Source: the human T2T-CHM13v2.0 reference genome, Homo sapiens. From it: 64,000 nt of DNA. Shown here one piece after another: positions 1-15,189 of the stretch. The DNA lies in NCBI GenBank assembly GCA_009914755.4, contig CP086569.2, forward strand, positions 23,456,001-23,520,000, given 5' to 3'. Positions within the stretch are counted from its first letter, which is position 1, and every line of letters begins with the position of its first letter. The translations under genes were made by a program, and so were the position numbers. The notes beneath the pieces are model-generated. The model was not told the origin of the DNA. It saw only the letters and a list, made by a program, of their open reading frames with translations, and ran no database searches.

Positions 1-2744
1 GATGATGTCAACCTGACCCTTCCATCATCAAATTTCTCACCAACACTTCAACTAAGGTTTTTAGAATTAATTGATTATTGTTGTCAAGGTACATTATGCT
101 TTTAGGGGATGCAAAATGGAGATTTTCTTCTTCTATCATTCCTTTTGAATCTATCAATTCAACAAAGAATAACTTTCTCTCCATAATTATTAGCTTATCT
201 TAAAATGCCCTTCATCTGGAAAGTGACGATGAATGCTTTAAAATTTCCCCTTCATCTGTTTTCAGAAAAATGGGTTGATGTCTTAGCAACTTCCAATGAT
301 ATCTAATAAGTTTTTATCATTCTGAATTTATTTACTTTTATACTTGTGATGTGTTTTTGACGATTGAAGTTATTATTGCTCAAATTATGTCTTTTTCTGT
401 CCAGTGGGAGTTCACTAAGTTAACATGTATGTTAATATTTTGCTTAACTTGAAATTGAGATGCCTCTTTGAATTATACTCACTCCCAACATCTCTCCCTT
501 TTAAAATACTATATGTTGCTACAAGACTTTGTTGGAATATCACATGAATACACTTGAATCCTCTAATCACTAGCCACATATTGGATAGTGTTCAATATTC
601 ATTCTAACTTTTCAAGATATCACCAATTAACTCCAATTCAATTCTATGTCAGACATGTCACTTAACTGAAATTTGAGGTTCTATCACTCTTCATACCTAT
701 GAATTCTGTTTATACTCATTGTTATGGAATTTGGAGTTCTCCACGATTTGTCCTTAAACTTATTTCTCATTACTACTTTACCCTACCTCATTGCTGCCCT
801 ATTTGTCTTTTTCAGCTTCTGAAAGGCAGATCCTTATTGAATACTTCCTGCAAGTCTAGGTTCGTGGAAGTTTCTGAGTGAATTTGGGAAAGGGTAAAGG
901 GAGTTGAAATCAAAACAGTAAGAGATGTATTCAAATTTTTTTGCTAATTCCCCTAACTCCCTTTGCTATGGCTCTAGGCTCACCAAAAGAATACTGTCGG
1001 TTATGGGTCTTTCTAGGTAGATCTTACTTTCAAAAAGAGACTGCTCTCACCAAAGTAATATATTGCCTATTTCTCTTTCAGTTATGTTTTTTTTTCATTA
1101 TAAATAAGTTCCTGGCCTTTTCATTACAGGTAGCTTTCCATGCTGTATCTTTTACATAAAGTCCATAGAAAAAAAGATGCCTCATCTACAGTGCCTACAG
1201 TTATTATCATAGTCCTGTTTTTCACTGCAAACTAATTATTTGTATTTCTGATCAGTCTTGTGAGCCAGCACAATGTGAATCTACCCACTCTCTGAGTGCT
1301 GATAACTTAGATAACTGAGTCAAAAAGGCTGCAGAGATCTGAGGCCTTGGCATCATGATAATGAATATACCCGTGTGAGATAGTCAACAGCCTTTCCCCT
1401 GGTGGCACAAGTCTTTGTGTTAGCCTTATCCTCATCTATCTTATTTGAACTTCTGCAGGCACAACTCACAAGGCATCACAGATTAGATTATGCTTTGATC
1501 CAATTATTTTATTTTATACATGAGAAAACTGAAGCCCTAAGAGGAAAGGACTTTTCTGAGATTACAAAGTCATGAAAAAGCCACGATTTATTCCAAGTCT
1601 CCTGATACTCAGTTGAGCATTCTTTGCCTTGCCTGATGCGTCTAGATGGATGAAAAAGCATTTTCTTATTATCATTTGGATTTCATAAATATTCATGGAT
1701 TATAAAAGTCTAGTGATGCCTGAGACCTTAGAGACCGTATAACCTATTGTATCTCAACAGGGATCAATGGACTAGATATATTAGAACGATCCCTGGAAAT
1801 TTTCATTCTATAGGACTGGGATGAGGATAAAAAACTGTGCTTTTTATACAAATAAAAACTTCCCAGGTGATTCTGCACAGTAAGACTTGGAAAACCCTCC
1901 TATTTTATAATTGCTTACTTTTGCTGATGAATTAACAGGCCTAGGAAAGAGAAGAAATCTTTTCTTTACACATAATTTCTTGCTTAGGGTCTCGATCATA
2001 CCACAGTTGACTTTTGAGCAGTTATTTACAACTCCAGCACTATGTACTAAAAAAGATTGAAGCGGTTCAGTTTGGAAGATCTACATTAGGGAAACAACAC
2101 CTAGAGTAAATCCTGGAGCAGATTGTGAAGTCAGTCCCAAATGTCATTTGGGCACAAGTGTTTTTTGCTTCTATTGCTGAAATGCACATAACTTATGCCA
2201 TGGGACATATTCAAAGAGGCAGAAAGCTACAATTAGAAGGTGGCAATAACACACATTGCCATCAATGAATTTAGAGAAAAAATAATTGAACTTGTCATTA
2301 AAGTCAAAGCTGGATGCATTTTGGAAGGGTAATCAATTTCTGAAGGGCCCCAGTGCAAACTATTCACATCGTTGGAGGTTGTTCTCAGCTACATGCTACA
2401 ATTAGGCAAGTAGGTTGTACTTTAATACAAATGGGTAGTTCTTGTTCTGTGATATAAACCCATTTTCGAGACTTCTATGCCTATATCAATTGTATATGCC
2501 AATACCTCCTCAGATGTGTATCTGTACATTATTTTTCTTAATGATATTGAACACTTTCATATGTGAGGCAAAACCATAAAGCATTTTATTGTCAGATAAG
2601 GGAGTAAGACAACTTGTATAGGTTTGAATTAAAAGATAAGTTTACTTAGTAGCATTGGTTCAGAGGCAAGAATTATCACATTCAATTTGTGGAAGATAAT
2701 GAGAAAGATTGATGGCATACGAGGTGGGCCTTGGAGAATGGGGT

Positions 2745-2865
2745 GGGTGGAGACAGATGAGAGAGATGAGGGGAGAGGGAAGGAGGGAGGGAGAGAGAGA
2801 GAGGGAGAGAGAAAAGCAAGAAAGGAGAGAGAAAGAATGAACAAAAGCATTCATTCCAGGCTTCC
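2745..2865. repeat. GA-rich simple repeat (GAGAGGGAGAGAG-like)
   Basis: The purine-only run gagagagagagggagagagaaaag is visible directly, and it yields low-complexity ORFs on both strands. Confidence 0.8.
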
Positions 2866-5800
2866 AGGCTCAGAGAATTGTATGAATAACGCTACAGGTG
2901 AATGAGAGTACAAAATAGATCAGGCTAACCCAGAGACTTATCCTTAGCAGACATTATTTGAAAGGACAGTTCACCCTCTAAGTTTCCTTAAGAAGTTTTC
3001 ACTGGAAAGCTCCTGTCTTCCGCTTTCATAGTTTGGTGGTAAACAGAGAGGTGTAGTTGAACATCACCTGTAGACCAAATAGGGTATTAACAGAAAACTA
3101 GAACTCTGACAATGATGCTATAATTATGCGGAAGGAGGGTCAGTAGTGTTAAGGAAAAGGGAGTAAAGGATTTAGAAACCGAAGGGTAAATTTTCAGCCT
3201 CTTCCTTGCTACAAATTAAGCATATCACCTTGGGTTTTTACTCAATGTCTTTTGCACCTTGCTTTCTTTCTTTATAAAAATAGGATGAAAACGCCTCTTC
3301 TTTCTAGGTCTGTGGATTGCTGTGAGGATCAAATAAGATAAATGCAAATTTTGGTGTTATTATTAGAAGTAATAATGGTAAAATGGAGTATTTCATATCA
3401 TTTAAAGATTTTTTATATATGCTAAGATATTTTTTCATACTTTTTCAAAATATCAATTCTGTAGTGCCATAAATAATTGTATTAAATGAATCGCTGGTAC
3501 AAAGATCACATTCTGGTTCATAAGTCCTGTCTGGATGACTTAGAAATATTTAACTGTTAATATGAATATGGAAATCCAGCAGACTGAATCATTAAGGAGG
3601 AAAAAGGACCCGTTTTATGCATCAGACAGATTTCAGTAGCTTATATTGTCTACCTACAGGAGCTGGACACAATGATTCTTGCATATTTTGGATTCAAATG
3701 CATTTTTATTATTATTTTACCCCTGAAGCTAGGTTTGGAAAGACAACATTTGTTACTTAAGACAACTTAGAAAAAAAAAAAACTATTTCTATGTTATCAC
3801 ATTGAAAGGGTTGTTATGAGACCATCACATTATTTTATTTGCCAAATATGAATATGTTTCCTCAGTAATGTACTTTTGATTGTTATTGTTTTTAGAGAAA
3901 GAAGATACTGTTCTCAATAAAATAAAGAACATGCTCAAATAACGAACTAATAAAGGGATAAAAATAGTCAATTAACATTGAGACGCTTGTTCACTGTCAC
4001 TAGTAATCAAATAAATACAATGCAAATAAATCATTGAGTTATTATTTCAAACTATCGAATTTGCAAACATTTAAAAGAAAAAGAGCTGGCAAATTCATAA
4101 CCTCCTTTAAAAAGGGAATACTTAAATGAATTATAGTAGAGTGATTCAAGTACATTATAAAGAATAGATGGCAGTGAGGAAATAATCATAATAAATACAT
4201 AAAAATCTGATGTATAATTGGTGATCTGCAAGAAAATGTGGGGAAAAGGTAGTAGCATTTACTTCTGAATGGTTGTACAATTTTTAGAGTTTTAAAAACT
4301 CCATTTCTGAATTTTCTGCAATAATTATTACTGTTATTATCAGTAAAAATGAGAAAACAAAAATATGTGTGTGTGCACTCATACATGAATGCACACCTAC
4401 TTCTAGAGTTGTTTGGTTCTTAGTTACAGTAAAACTATAATCTACCACAAAATGACAGCAGCATGCTTTACTGAGCTGCAGTTGTGCATATGGCCTGTTT
4501 ATTCTTTTTTTTTTTTTTTTTTGGTCAACCTGTACTTCTTGTTTGGCTTTCTGTATTATAGATATTTGATATTATAAATATAAATATTATAGATGTTTGC
4601 AAGTTACATGTTTCTAATTGCCCAGCTACAAATATCAGTGGTGGTATATGCACTATCTACTACACTCATTCGGGACATAAATTTATATAACAGAAAGGCT
4701 ACTGTTTTTGTAATTTAAATACACAGGGCTATTTTATTCTATGGGAGCAAGCAGAATTTAATTTAAACTGGCGTTTTTTCTGTAGACCTGGGAGTAGAAT
4801 TTTTTTTTTTTCTTGAGATGGAGTCTTGCTCTTAATTTTACCCAGGGATGCACTATTTTATTATTTTATAGTGAATAATATCTGACAAGCATGCATTATA
4901 TTGCTACCTGCTGAGTCATGAATACATGAATACTACCAAGTAAATAGCTCAAATTTATAAATTTTAAAGCAATTTTTATTTTTGAATTGATCTTGTGTTT
5001 TTGATAGAATATACCTAAAAGGCTTAAAGTGCATGTAACTGAGCAATTTTCTTTTATGTAATGATGCAAAGTATATGAATAGTAAGTAATCTGACTCAGC
5101 AAAGAGACAAGAGTTCATACCCAAGAGATTCGTGCTTTGAGGTTTGGAAATAGCTCTTGTTATGTATTTTTGATCTTGGGTGGGCTATTAGCTATAAGTC
5201 TTGGTGTCTTCATCCATAAAATGGTATTAATAGCACCTGCCTTTTCTGCTTTTCAGGTGTAGAGACTTGAAAAGTAAATAATAATACGTGGAAGTTCTCT
5301 ACCGCCTTCTGTGCCCAGCTTGACCACATATTCAGGTTTTTGATAATTAGCACAATTAAAGTGAACCAAGGGGGAACAAGTTGCTGATTTAATTTGGGGT
5401 TACATTGCCTTCACCCTGTGTCATAGGCTTACTTAGTCCAAGCATTCCTTAAGTATGCGTGTCTATTTAAGAGATTAGCTGAGGGTGGCTGATATTCAAT
5501 CTCAATTTATCTCAGCTTTGGGAAAACCATCCCTGCGTGTACCCTATCTGTGCTTGTGAGTCCACAGTGGGATTTTGTATAAAGAACAGCATGTTTATAT
5601 TTACAAGATTGAAACTGTAGGTGAAGTTCATAAACATCTGAAATAATTCTTTTTTCCTGAAATATTTCCTGCTCTTCTGGCATTCTTCTTTGTAATATTC
5701 AGTTTCACATATACTTTCCTAGTTACATTGCAAACTCCATGGGGTCAAAGTGTGTGCTAGTTTTGCATACTACTGAGTCTGTTGTGTCCATTACAGTGCT

Positions 5801-6217
5801 TGACACATAGCAGATGCTCAATAATTAAAACAGCAATTATACACACACACATATATAAATATATATATATTTATATAAAATATATAAAAACAATGGACTG
5901 ACAGACTCATTAAGTCCCACCACCCACCTCCTATTTCCTAGCATAGTGTCAGGTACTTATTAGGTGAACAACAGATAGTGACTGTATCTTATTTATATTA
6001 TTTAGGATGGGCCTCTAGGAGTTCAGTAACTTATTGTTTTAGAGTAAATCAAAATATTAATCCTTACATGACACTTAAATGCATGAATACAGTATTGTGC
6101 TTAAGTAGGATACTGTCCTCAATAATTTAAAAATACATGCACCCATTTTTTTTCCATGCATTGAAAATGACTAGTCCAGAGATGAATATGAAGGCAGTGA
6201 TAAAAGTCTGGGAGCAA

Positions 6218-6283
6218 TATCGTCTAACTTAGGGCTTGAGGCTCATTTGGATTCCCACTTAGGGCTTGAGGCTCATTTGGATT
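6218..6283. repeat. local tandem duplication, 2 x about 32 bp (cttagggcttgaggctcatttggattccc)
   Basis: Two adjacent, near-identical copies are visible. Confidence 0.85.
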
Positions 6284-6961
6284 CCCTAATTATGCTGATC
6301 TAGATCTTCAGGCTTGTAGTTCTCCCTGAGGGTCTTGGTTATTTTTCCTAATAGACTCACCAGTCTCGTTAATCAAACAAGTCCTCAACACTAAATATAA
6401 ATCTCATCATAAAATCAAAGTTGCATTTATCCTAGTAAAAGTCTAAAGCTACTTCTACTAATTAGTAAGTTTGGGGAATAATTTGCCTAGACACCAGCAA
6501 TGTGCTGGGCCTACATTTGGGCTACAGTGTATTTACTTACCATAATTAGTGATTTTTTAAAAAAGGTAATTTTACCACTTGGAGTAAAAGAACATCAAAA
6601 ATAAATGCTATAATTCAGTGAAGTTTGTAAAAAAAAAAGGGTCTATGTCTATATATCCATCCATACATATGTATGGTATTCATGACACCTTCTAAATTAG
6701 TGCAGCAATACATTATATTTTATCTCTGATTTAACTGTTCTTATAAAACAGCAAGATTATAAAAATTCCCACTTAACCAACATTAAAAGCAGCATTAAAA
6801 TCTACAGTACTTAAAGAACATATTATCAATAACTTCCATGATATGTGCTTACAAATTTTTTCCAAATATTAGATGATTGATACTTCATTTTCTAATAGCT
6901 TTCAGACCTGACAATCTGGATGGTAAACTGTAATTCAATATCTCCAAACTTACATTTGGCC

Positions 6962-7045
6962 AGATTATCATCTTGTGTATGTGTGTGTATGAAGGGGTGT
7001 GTGTATGAAGGGGTGTGTGTGTGTGTGTTTGTAGCAGAGAGAAAG
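6962..7045. repeat. (TG)n-rich microsatellite with an interspersed gaaggggtgtgtgt motif
   Basis: gtgtatgtgtgtgtatgaaggggtgtgtgtatgaaggggtgtgtgtgtgtgtg. Confidence 0.8.
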
Positions 7046-7149
7046 ATAGAGAAATAAAAAATAAATAAATAAAACAAACCTGGTAAAAGAAAAATTATGC
7101 TTTGGAAGATACGGCTTATTTCCCTCTTGGTATAGTCTCTTCATAATAT

Positions 7150-7690
7150 TATTTTTTTTAATTTTTTTTTGTGGGGACATAGTAAGTGTGTATATTTATG
7201 GGGTACATGCGATGTTTTGATGCAGGCATACAATCTGGAATAAGCCAATCATGAAGAATGGGGTATCCATTCCTTCAACACCCATCACTTGAACTACAAA
7301 CAATACAATTACACTCTGTAATTATTTTAAAATGTATAATTAAGTTATTATTGATTACAGTCATCTTGGTGTGCTATCAAATTGTAGGTCACAATCATTG
7401 TTTCTATGTTTTTTTAAAACCATTAACTATCCCCATCTCCCTACCAGGCCCCCATTACCCTTCCCAGCTTCTGGTAACCATCCTTCTACTTTTTATGTCC
7501 ATGAGTTCAATTATTTTTATTTCTTGTCCCACAAATAAGTGAGAACGTGCAATGTTTGTCTTTCTGTGCCTGGCTTATTTCACTTAACATAATGATCTCC
7601 GTTCCACCATGCTGTTGGAAATCACTGGATCTCATTCTTTTTGTACGGCTGAATAATACTCCATTGTGTATGTGTACCACATTTTCTTTT
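7150..7690 (-). mobile_element. LINE-1 3'-end fragment (older L1P/L1M-type 3' UTR), reverse orientation
   Basis: It begins with poly-T, the complement of the poly-A tail. This is followed by gggacatagtaagtgtgtatatttatggggtacatg, the characteristic complement of an L1 3' terminus. The block gtgagaacgtgcaatgtttgtctttctgtgcctggcttatttcacttaacataatg is typical of the L1 3' region. Confidence 0.6.
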
Positions 7691-7930
7691 GTTTTTATTT
7701 TATTATACTTTAAGTTTTAGGGTACATGTGCACATTGTGCACATTAGTTACATATGTATACATGTGCCATGCTGGTGCGCTGCACCCACTAACTCGTCAT
7801 CTAGCATTAGGTATATCTCCCAATGCTATCCCTCCCCCATTTTCTTTATCGCTTTATCTGCTGATGGACATTTAGGTTGCTTCCAAATCTTTTATTTTTT
7901 CCAAAAATCTGAAATTTGAGCTACCATATG
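7690..7930 (-). mobile_element. LINE-1 (L1PA-like) extreme 3' end, reverse orientation, abutting the previous L1 fragment
   Basis: ttattatactttaagttttagggtacatgtgcacattgtgcacattagttacatatgtatacatgtgccatgctggtg is the reverse complement of the canonical L1 3' terminus ...gtacatgtaccctagaacttaaagtataat. Confidence 0.7.
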
Positions 7931-8694
7931 ATCCAGCAATCTCACTGCTGGCTATATACCAATATCAGAGTAAGCCACAAAAGTCATGTCCTCTACATCA
8001 TTAATATAATTTAGAGGTGGACAATAAAAAAGAAAATTAATGGAGAAATAAAAGCAGAAATTTATAAAACATGTATAAACAAATGAGTCCATATTACTCA
8101 ACTTTATATGGGTAAAAATGGAAGTAAAGTCACAATATCAGGCATTGAAATTATTCTGTATTCTGTTACTTGGTGTAAGGTGATTTGCCACAATCCAAGA
8201 GTCTATGAAGTAAGTTTGTATGAGATAGGATGGAAGGAAAGGAGAATTTGAACTATCTCAGGGATATTTTTTAATGATTGAAAGCTATGCTATAAAATCT
8301 CTTAGGAAAAACATGCTATCAATTGCCTGATGGAGTAATGCATATCTCATATCCTTCTCATCTCTATTCCTTCAGATCACAGTAGCTTTGGCAGCAATAT
8401 CGAGATGTTGTCAGTTAAGCTTCTAGATCCCTCCATCTGCCACCATCAACATAGTCACATGACTAGAAATAATAATTTATGTATCTAGAATCAGCCACAA
8501 GTAGACTGCTGAGTACTTACTACATAAAGGCAAAGCTAGCATTTTTGGGTTGGGGGGGCAGGTGTAGAAACACGTTAACAGTTCTGTAAATACACATAAA
8601 GATATGCATTTTCCTTAATCACAAATAAATAAACCAGAAGAATTTTCAGTGATTTAAAAAAATTAAGAAATAGGGAACTTATTTAAAAAGCCTT

Positions 8695-8968
8695 TGAAGC
8701 CACAGTGGCTCTTGCCTGTTATCTCAGTATTTTGGGAAACTGAGACAGGGCCTCACTTGAGGCCAGGAATTCCAGAGGAGGCTGGCAAATAGAGTGAGAT
8801 GCTGTCTCTAGAAAAAATAAATAAAATTTAAAAATTAGCTGCTTGTTTTGCAGTGTGCCTACAGCCCTAGCTACTTGGGAGGCTGAGGTGAAAGAATTGT
8901 TTGAACCAGGGAGTTTGATGTTGCTGTAACTTATGATCTTGTCACTTCACCCCAGCCTGTCCAGAGGA
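8695..8968 (+). mobile_element. Alu SINE (old, diverged), sense orientation
   Basis: The left arm ggctcttgcctgttatctcagtattttgggaaactgagacagg and the right arm ctagctacttgggaggctgaggtgaaagaattgtttgaaccagggag are both present. Confidence 0.7.
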
Positions 8969-11900
8969 TTATCTAATCATACTGTGGACTATTGCCAAAT
9001 CTGCAGCAGTGAAACTCTGGACACATTCTGTGTCTGGTAAAGTCACACTTTGGAACCAAGAAGAATTTCCAGCCTTACTTCCCTTGACAGAGCCTATCGC
9101 TAAGACAGTCACAACATAGATCCAGGATAGAATTCCAACAATAAATCCCTGAGCAAAAACTATAGCTGAAACTGCCATACCATGGATCCTCGATGAAATG
9201 CCACCAACAAATCCCTGGAAAAAATACAGCCTGAATATTTAGCAGTAAATACCTGGCACTATCTGAATTTAACCCAGTCTCATTGTGGATCTTGGCTTAT
9301 TTGTCAGTAGGAAACTACTCTACACAGTTCCATACTGAAACAATAACACTGTGAACCCACGTTGAGTCTCCAGCAATACTTTCCTGGAAACAGTTGGGAA
9401 CTGATATAATCACATTAGGGACCCATGCTGAATCACTAGTGATGAATTCATGGATATATTCTTCTATATGTGATACGGTCACAACACCTATCCAGGCTGA
9501 ATCAGTTATTAAATCACTGGACATACTCTGAAACTGATATACTCACAACATGGATTCTGGCTGAAACTCTAGGATTAAGTCCCTGGGCACGTGATATGTT
9601 CCTACCATGGACCCAGGCTGAAAGTCCAGCAGTATCTTGGATTCAACCATGGATTCTGGGTAGAATGCCAGCAATGAATCCCTGGAGAGAGGCTACAGCT
9701 GACATTGTCCTACCCTGGAACCAGGCTGAATTTATGTAGAAGGAAATGCCTGGACACCGTCTGAAACTTATACAATCACAAAGAGGATCCTGAGTGATTC
9801 TCCAGCACTAAATTCATGGACATGGGCAATAGCTGATGCAGACCAGCTGTGGACCAAACCTGAATTTCCAGCAGTAAATCCCTGGACAAAGTCTGTAGTT
9901 GATAGTACTATACCATGGATACAGGATGAGTCTCCAGCAATAAATCCATGGACACAGTACGTATCTTATATGATCAAACCATGAGCCCAAAATGACTCTT
10001 CAGCAGTAAATCTCTGTACACTACCTGAATCTGATACCATTATCCTGTGGACACAAGCTGAGTCTCCAACAGTAAATCCGTTCACAGAGGCTGGAACTTC
10101 CACAGTCACACCATGGGCCCAGGCTGTATCTCCAGCAGTAATTCCACGGACACAGCCTATACTTTCCACAGTCGTACCTTGGACCCAGGTTGAATGTCCA
10201 TCAGTAAATACCTGGAGAACGTCCATAGCTGATGCCATCACACTGTGGATAGGGGCTGAATTAACCGCAGGATATCAATGGATACTGCCTTGGGCTGCTA
10301 CTGTCACACTGTGGTCACAGTCTGAATCTCCAGCAGGAAATCTTTGGACACAGTCTGTGTATGACACAGACACACCATGGCCTCAGGCTGAATCTCCAGC
10401 AGTAGTTTGCTGGACAGAACATGTAGCTGATACACACCGTGGACTCAGTTTGAATTTTTAACAGTAAAGCCTTGGATCCAATCTGTATCTGATACGCTCA
10501 TACCATGGACCCAGGCTGAGTCTTCAGCACTAAAGCATTTGACACAGGCAATAGCTTATACAATCAAGCTGTGGAACCAAGTCAAATCACCTGCCATAAA
10601 TCTCTGGAAACAATATGAAACGAATATGTTCACATGGTGTACTGAGGTTGAATCTCCAAAAGTAAAGGAGGGGACACATCCTATACCTGCTACAGTTATA
10701 CCACTGAACCAAGCTGAATCTGTAGGAGTAAATCCCTCCACAAAGCTTGAAACAGAAATACTCATACTGTGGACCCAGGCTCATTCTAAAATCAACAATC
10801 TCTGTACATATACTCTACTTGATAGAGTGAAACCATTGGCTAAGGATGTTTGTGTAGCAGTAAACCCATGGAGACAGTCTAAAACTGAAATAGTCACATC
10901 ATGGGCCCAGGATCTGTTGCCAGCAATAAATCCCTTAACAGTGGCTGTACCTGGTATAGTCACACTGCAGTACATGGCTGTATCTCTAGTAATAATTCCC
11001 AGGAGAGAGGCTCTAGCTGATACAGTCATAATATGGACACAGACAAAATCACCAGCAATCAGTTTCTGGTTGTAACCTCTGCCTGGCACAGTCAAACTAT
11101 GGACCCAAGCAAAATATACACCCGTTATCACTTGGAACCAGGCTGAATTTCCAGCTAGAAATCCCATGATACAATCTTAGCCTCCAATTGTAAAGATCTG
11201 AACAGAGTCTGAATCTCTAGCCCCAAGTCCTCTGTTATAGGTGGAGACTGATACAGTCATACCATGGACCCAGACTGAATCTTTGGCAGTAAATCCCTGG
11301 ACAAAGCCTGTTGCTGATACACTCACACTGTGTACACAGCCTGTAACTCCATCATTAATCGTTTTTTCACAAACTTTTCATGATACACTGAAAGCATGGG
11401 CTCAAACTGAATGCTTACCAGTAAATACCTGGACAGAGGCTGTAGCTTCCAAAATTATACCCTGGACCCAGGCTGAATTTCCAGCAGTAAATCCTTAGAC
11501 AGAGCCTTTTGCTCATACGGTAACAATTTTGGCACAGGCTGTATCTTCAACAGTAAAGATCTGGCCACAGCCTTCATTTAATACAACCAACTTATGTATT
11601 TAATACAACCAATCTGAATCTGCAGCATTAATTACATGGATACAGCCTGCATCTGATACATACATAGGATTGATCCAATCTGAATCTTCACCAGTGAATT
11701 CCTGGAGACTGCCTATATCTAATATATTATCATTGTGGACCAAGCCTGTATCTCTAGCAGTCAATCTGTGAATAGAGGCAATAGCTTCCATAGTCATACC
11801 TTGGACCAAAGCTTTACTTTTAGAAACAAAACCCTGGACACATCCTGTATCTGATATACTTATGCTGTGGACCCAGGTTGAATCTTCTGCAGCGATTACC

Positions 11901-12296
11901 TCCACACAGGCAGTATCTGACACAATTATACTGTGGCTGCATGCTGCAGGCCTCCAGTAGGAATTACCTGGATACAGACTGATCTGATCTTCTTATATCT
12001 TCTTATATCATGAAACAATGATGAATCTCAACAGAAAATTCAGGGGCATGGGCTGTAGTTTCCACCGTGTTACCATGCAACCAGTTATCCCTTCAGCAGG
12101 AAAAACCTGGACATCTACCTGTGTCAGAATCAATCACCCCGCAGACCCAGTCTGAGTCTCCAGTAATGAACACATGGACAGAGGCTGCAGCTTCCACACT
12201 CTCAAAGTGGACTCATGATGATTTTCCAGATGCAAATGCTTATACACAGAGCGAAATGGGCACATACTGGACAATGGGTAAAACTGAAGCTAAGAG

Positions 12297-12671
<375 letters not shown>

Positions 12672-13959
12672 TCAACCTGATACTCATGACCTGTGATTCA
12701 TGAAGAAAATCAAGCATCTATTTTATGGACACATCATGAAATTGAAAATATCAATGAATGGACGTTGTCTGAATTTGGAACACTTATATCTTGGACAGTG
12801 CTTGTACCACAAGCAGCAGAACCATGGCCCCAGCCTGAAGCTCTGCTTAGCACACCTTTGTTTAAAACTGGATCAGAAGAAAATGAAACCTTGGGCTCAA
12901 CCAGAATTTCAAACACTGAGCACATTTACTCCATTTGGACCTGGTAAACTAGAATCCTGGGCCAAACATAATACTACTACATTGAAAACAAGGATCTAAT
13001 CCGAAACTGATGTCTTCTACCCGTGCACCCAATCTGAAGTAGGTACAATGAGATCCCAGACCATTTCTGAAGAAGATACAGTAAAACTATGGAACTGGAC
13101 TGAAGCAGGCACAATCCACCCCTGGACTCAACCTAAAACTAATACAATCAGACTTTTGACTCATGTGAATTTCAAGCAGTCAGACCCTGGACCCTGTCCT
13201 TGTCTGATACACTGTTGTATCAGGCTGAAATGCAAGCTGCAAAATGCTTGACCATGCCTGACATTAATACTGTGAGTTCTTGGTTTCAGACTCAAAACAA
13301 TGTAAGAATAAATGTTACTCAACCTCATTCTCGAGCAGGTACTACCTGGATGCAGCCAGAATGGCAAATAATCCACCCATGGAACCAATCTGAAAAGAAT
13401 GCAGTCAGACCCTGGACCCAGTCTGAAGGTGATGTTCTGCAACCTTGGATCTATGCTGAAAGCAATACAGTCAGACTCTGGGCCCATTCTGAAACTGATA
13501 AAATAAAACAATATACTGAGCCTGAATCTCAAGCAATTAGGATGTGGCCTGAAGAGGATATGTTCGCACTTTGGTCCCCAACACAAAACGATGCAGTTTG
13601 GCCATGGACCCAAGTGGAATCACAAATGACCCACTCCTGGACCCAGAATCAACTTAGTATAAATTACCCTTGGACTCAGCATGTACCTGCTGCAATCAGA
13701 CCATGGACTTACTCTGAAATTCAACCCTGCACCCACCCTGAAGCCAATACAGTGATAAGATACTGGTTCCAGACTCAAATGAGTTCATTAAATCCTGGGA
13801 CCAACCTGAAACTGAAGTATTCCAAATTTGGACTGTAAGCCAAGTAATAAAACCCCAAAACTTCATTGAAATTGATACAGTCACATCTTGCTTACAGACT
13901 CAGTGTGATACAATTAGACCCTAGGTTCATCCTGAAAGTCAGCCACTCTCTCCTTGGCC

Positions 13960-14440
13960 CCACACTGAAGCTGGTGTCAGGCCTCTGAGCCCAAGCTAAG
14001 CCATCATATCCCTTGTGACCTGCACGTGTACATCCAGATGGCCTGTAGCAACTGAAGATCTACAAAAGAAGTGAAAATAGCCTTAACTGATGACATTCCA
14101 CCATTGTGAGTTGTTTCTGCCCCACTCTAACTGATCAATGTAATTTGTAATCTCCCCCACCCTTAAGAAGGTTCTTTATAATCTCCCTCACCCTTAAGAA
14201 GGTTCTTTGTTATTCTCCCCACCCTTGAGAATGTACTTTGTGAGATCCACCCCCTGTCCCCAAAACATTGCTCTTAACTCCACTGCCTATCCCAAAACAT
14301 ATAAGAACCAATGATAATCCCACCACCCTTTGCTGACTCTCTTTTTGGACTCAGCCTGCCTGCCACCAGCTGAAATAAACAGCCATGTTGCTCACACAAA
14401 GCCTGTTTGGGGGTCTCTTCACACGGACACGTGAGACAGT
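13960..14440 (+). mobile_element. Solo LTR, LTR12 (HERV9-LTR)-like, interrupting the tandem array
   Basis: The internal 35-40 bp U3 repeats cccacccttaagaaggttctttataatctcc occur three times. The poly-A signal region ctgcctgccaccagctgaaataaacagccatgttgctcacacaaagcctgtttgggggtctcttcacacggacacgtgagaca is typical of primate ERV LTRs. Confidence 0.5.
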
Positions 14441-15189
14441 TTGTATATTTCAGCCCTGGACTCAGCAAAGAGTTACTACAAATCGTTCGTGGACCCACCC
14501 TGAAACCCAAGCAGAGAGACTCTGGATCAAGCAGGAAACTGAAGATAGAGACAGATCTTCGTTTTACATTCAAATGAATAAAGGCAGACCATGGGTTTAT
14601 TTGAAATATCAAATAGTCGGCGCCTGGATCCAGCCTGAACTTGATGTAATTCACTCTTTTATCCAGTCTGAAACCTTCCTATTAAGATTCTGGCCCAAGG
14701 TTCTATCTCCAGTAGTCAAACCATGGATCTTGCTTAAAGGAAGAACACTCATATCTTGGATACTGCCTGTAACCCGAGCAGACACTGGATCCAGTCTGAA
14801 GTTCATCTTATTGAATCCTTCGGTGTTTTTAAAGCCGGCAAAGTGAGAACCTGGATCCAGCCTGAAACAGAAATACTAAGACCCAGAACCCTATAAAGCT
14901 GTTATAATTGATCATTTTCTCCTCCTGAAATTGAGCCGAACAGAGAAACACTATTAACGAGTCATTTTGGCTGCTTGTCCAAACGTGTACCCTTTTTGCC
15001 AGTAAAAACTGTTTATTCCCCAGATCGGTATTTTATAGCTTTGTCAACTGAGATAACTGCCACACAAAGCCAATATAAAATCAATTCTATCCAACCAAGC
15101 CAGTTTACAAGCATTTGGCTTCCTGGAAGAGTTGTTTACCAGCTCTATGGCAGGAAATTAAAAATTATCAAGACAAAAGAAAGCCCTCA

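Noticed and set aside
13200-13838. 212-aa + strand ORF with PWTQ/PW..E repeats, and the other 80-180-aa ORFs between 9000 and 14900 on both strands
   Set aside because: All lie inside the 33/66-bp tandem array. The period is a multiple of 3, so open frames persist on both strands. There are no plausible splice sites bounding them and no domain beyond the repeat itself. They are kept as a finding but not annotated as CDS
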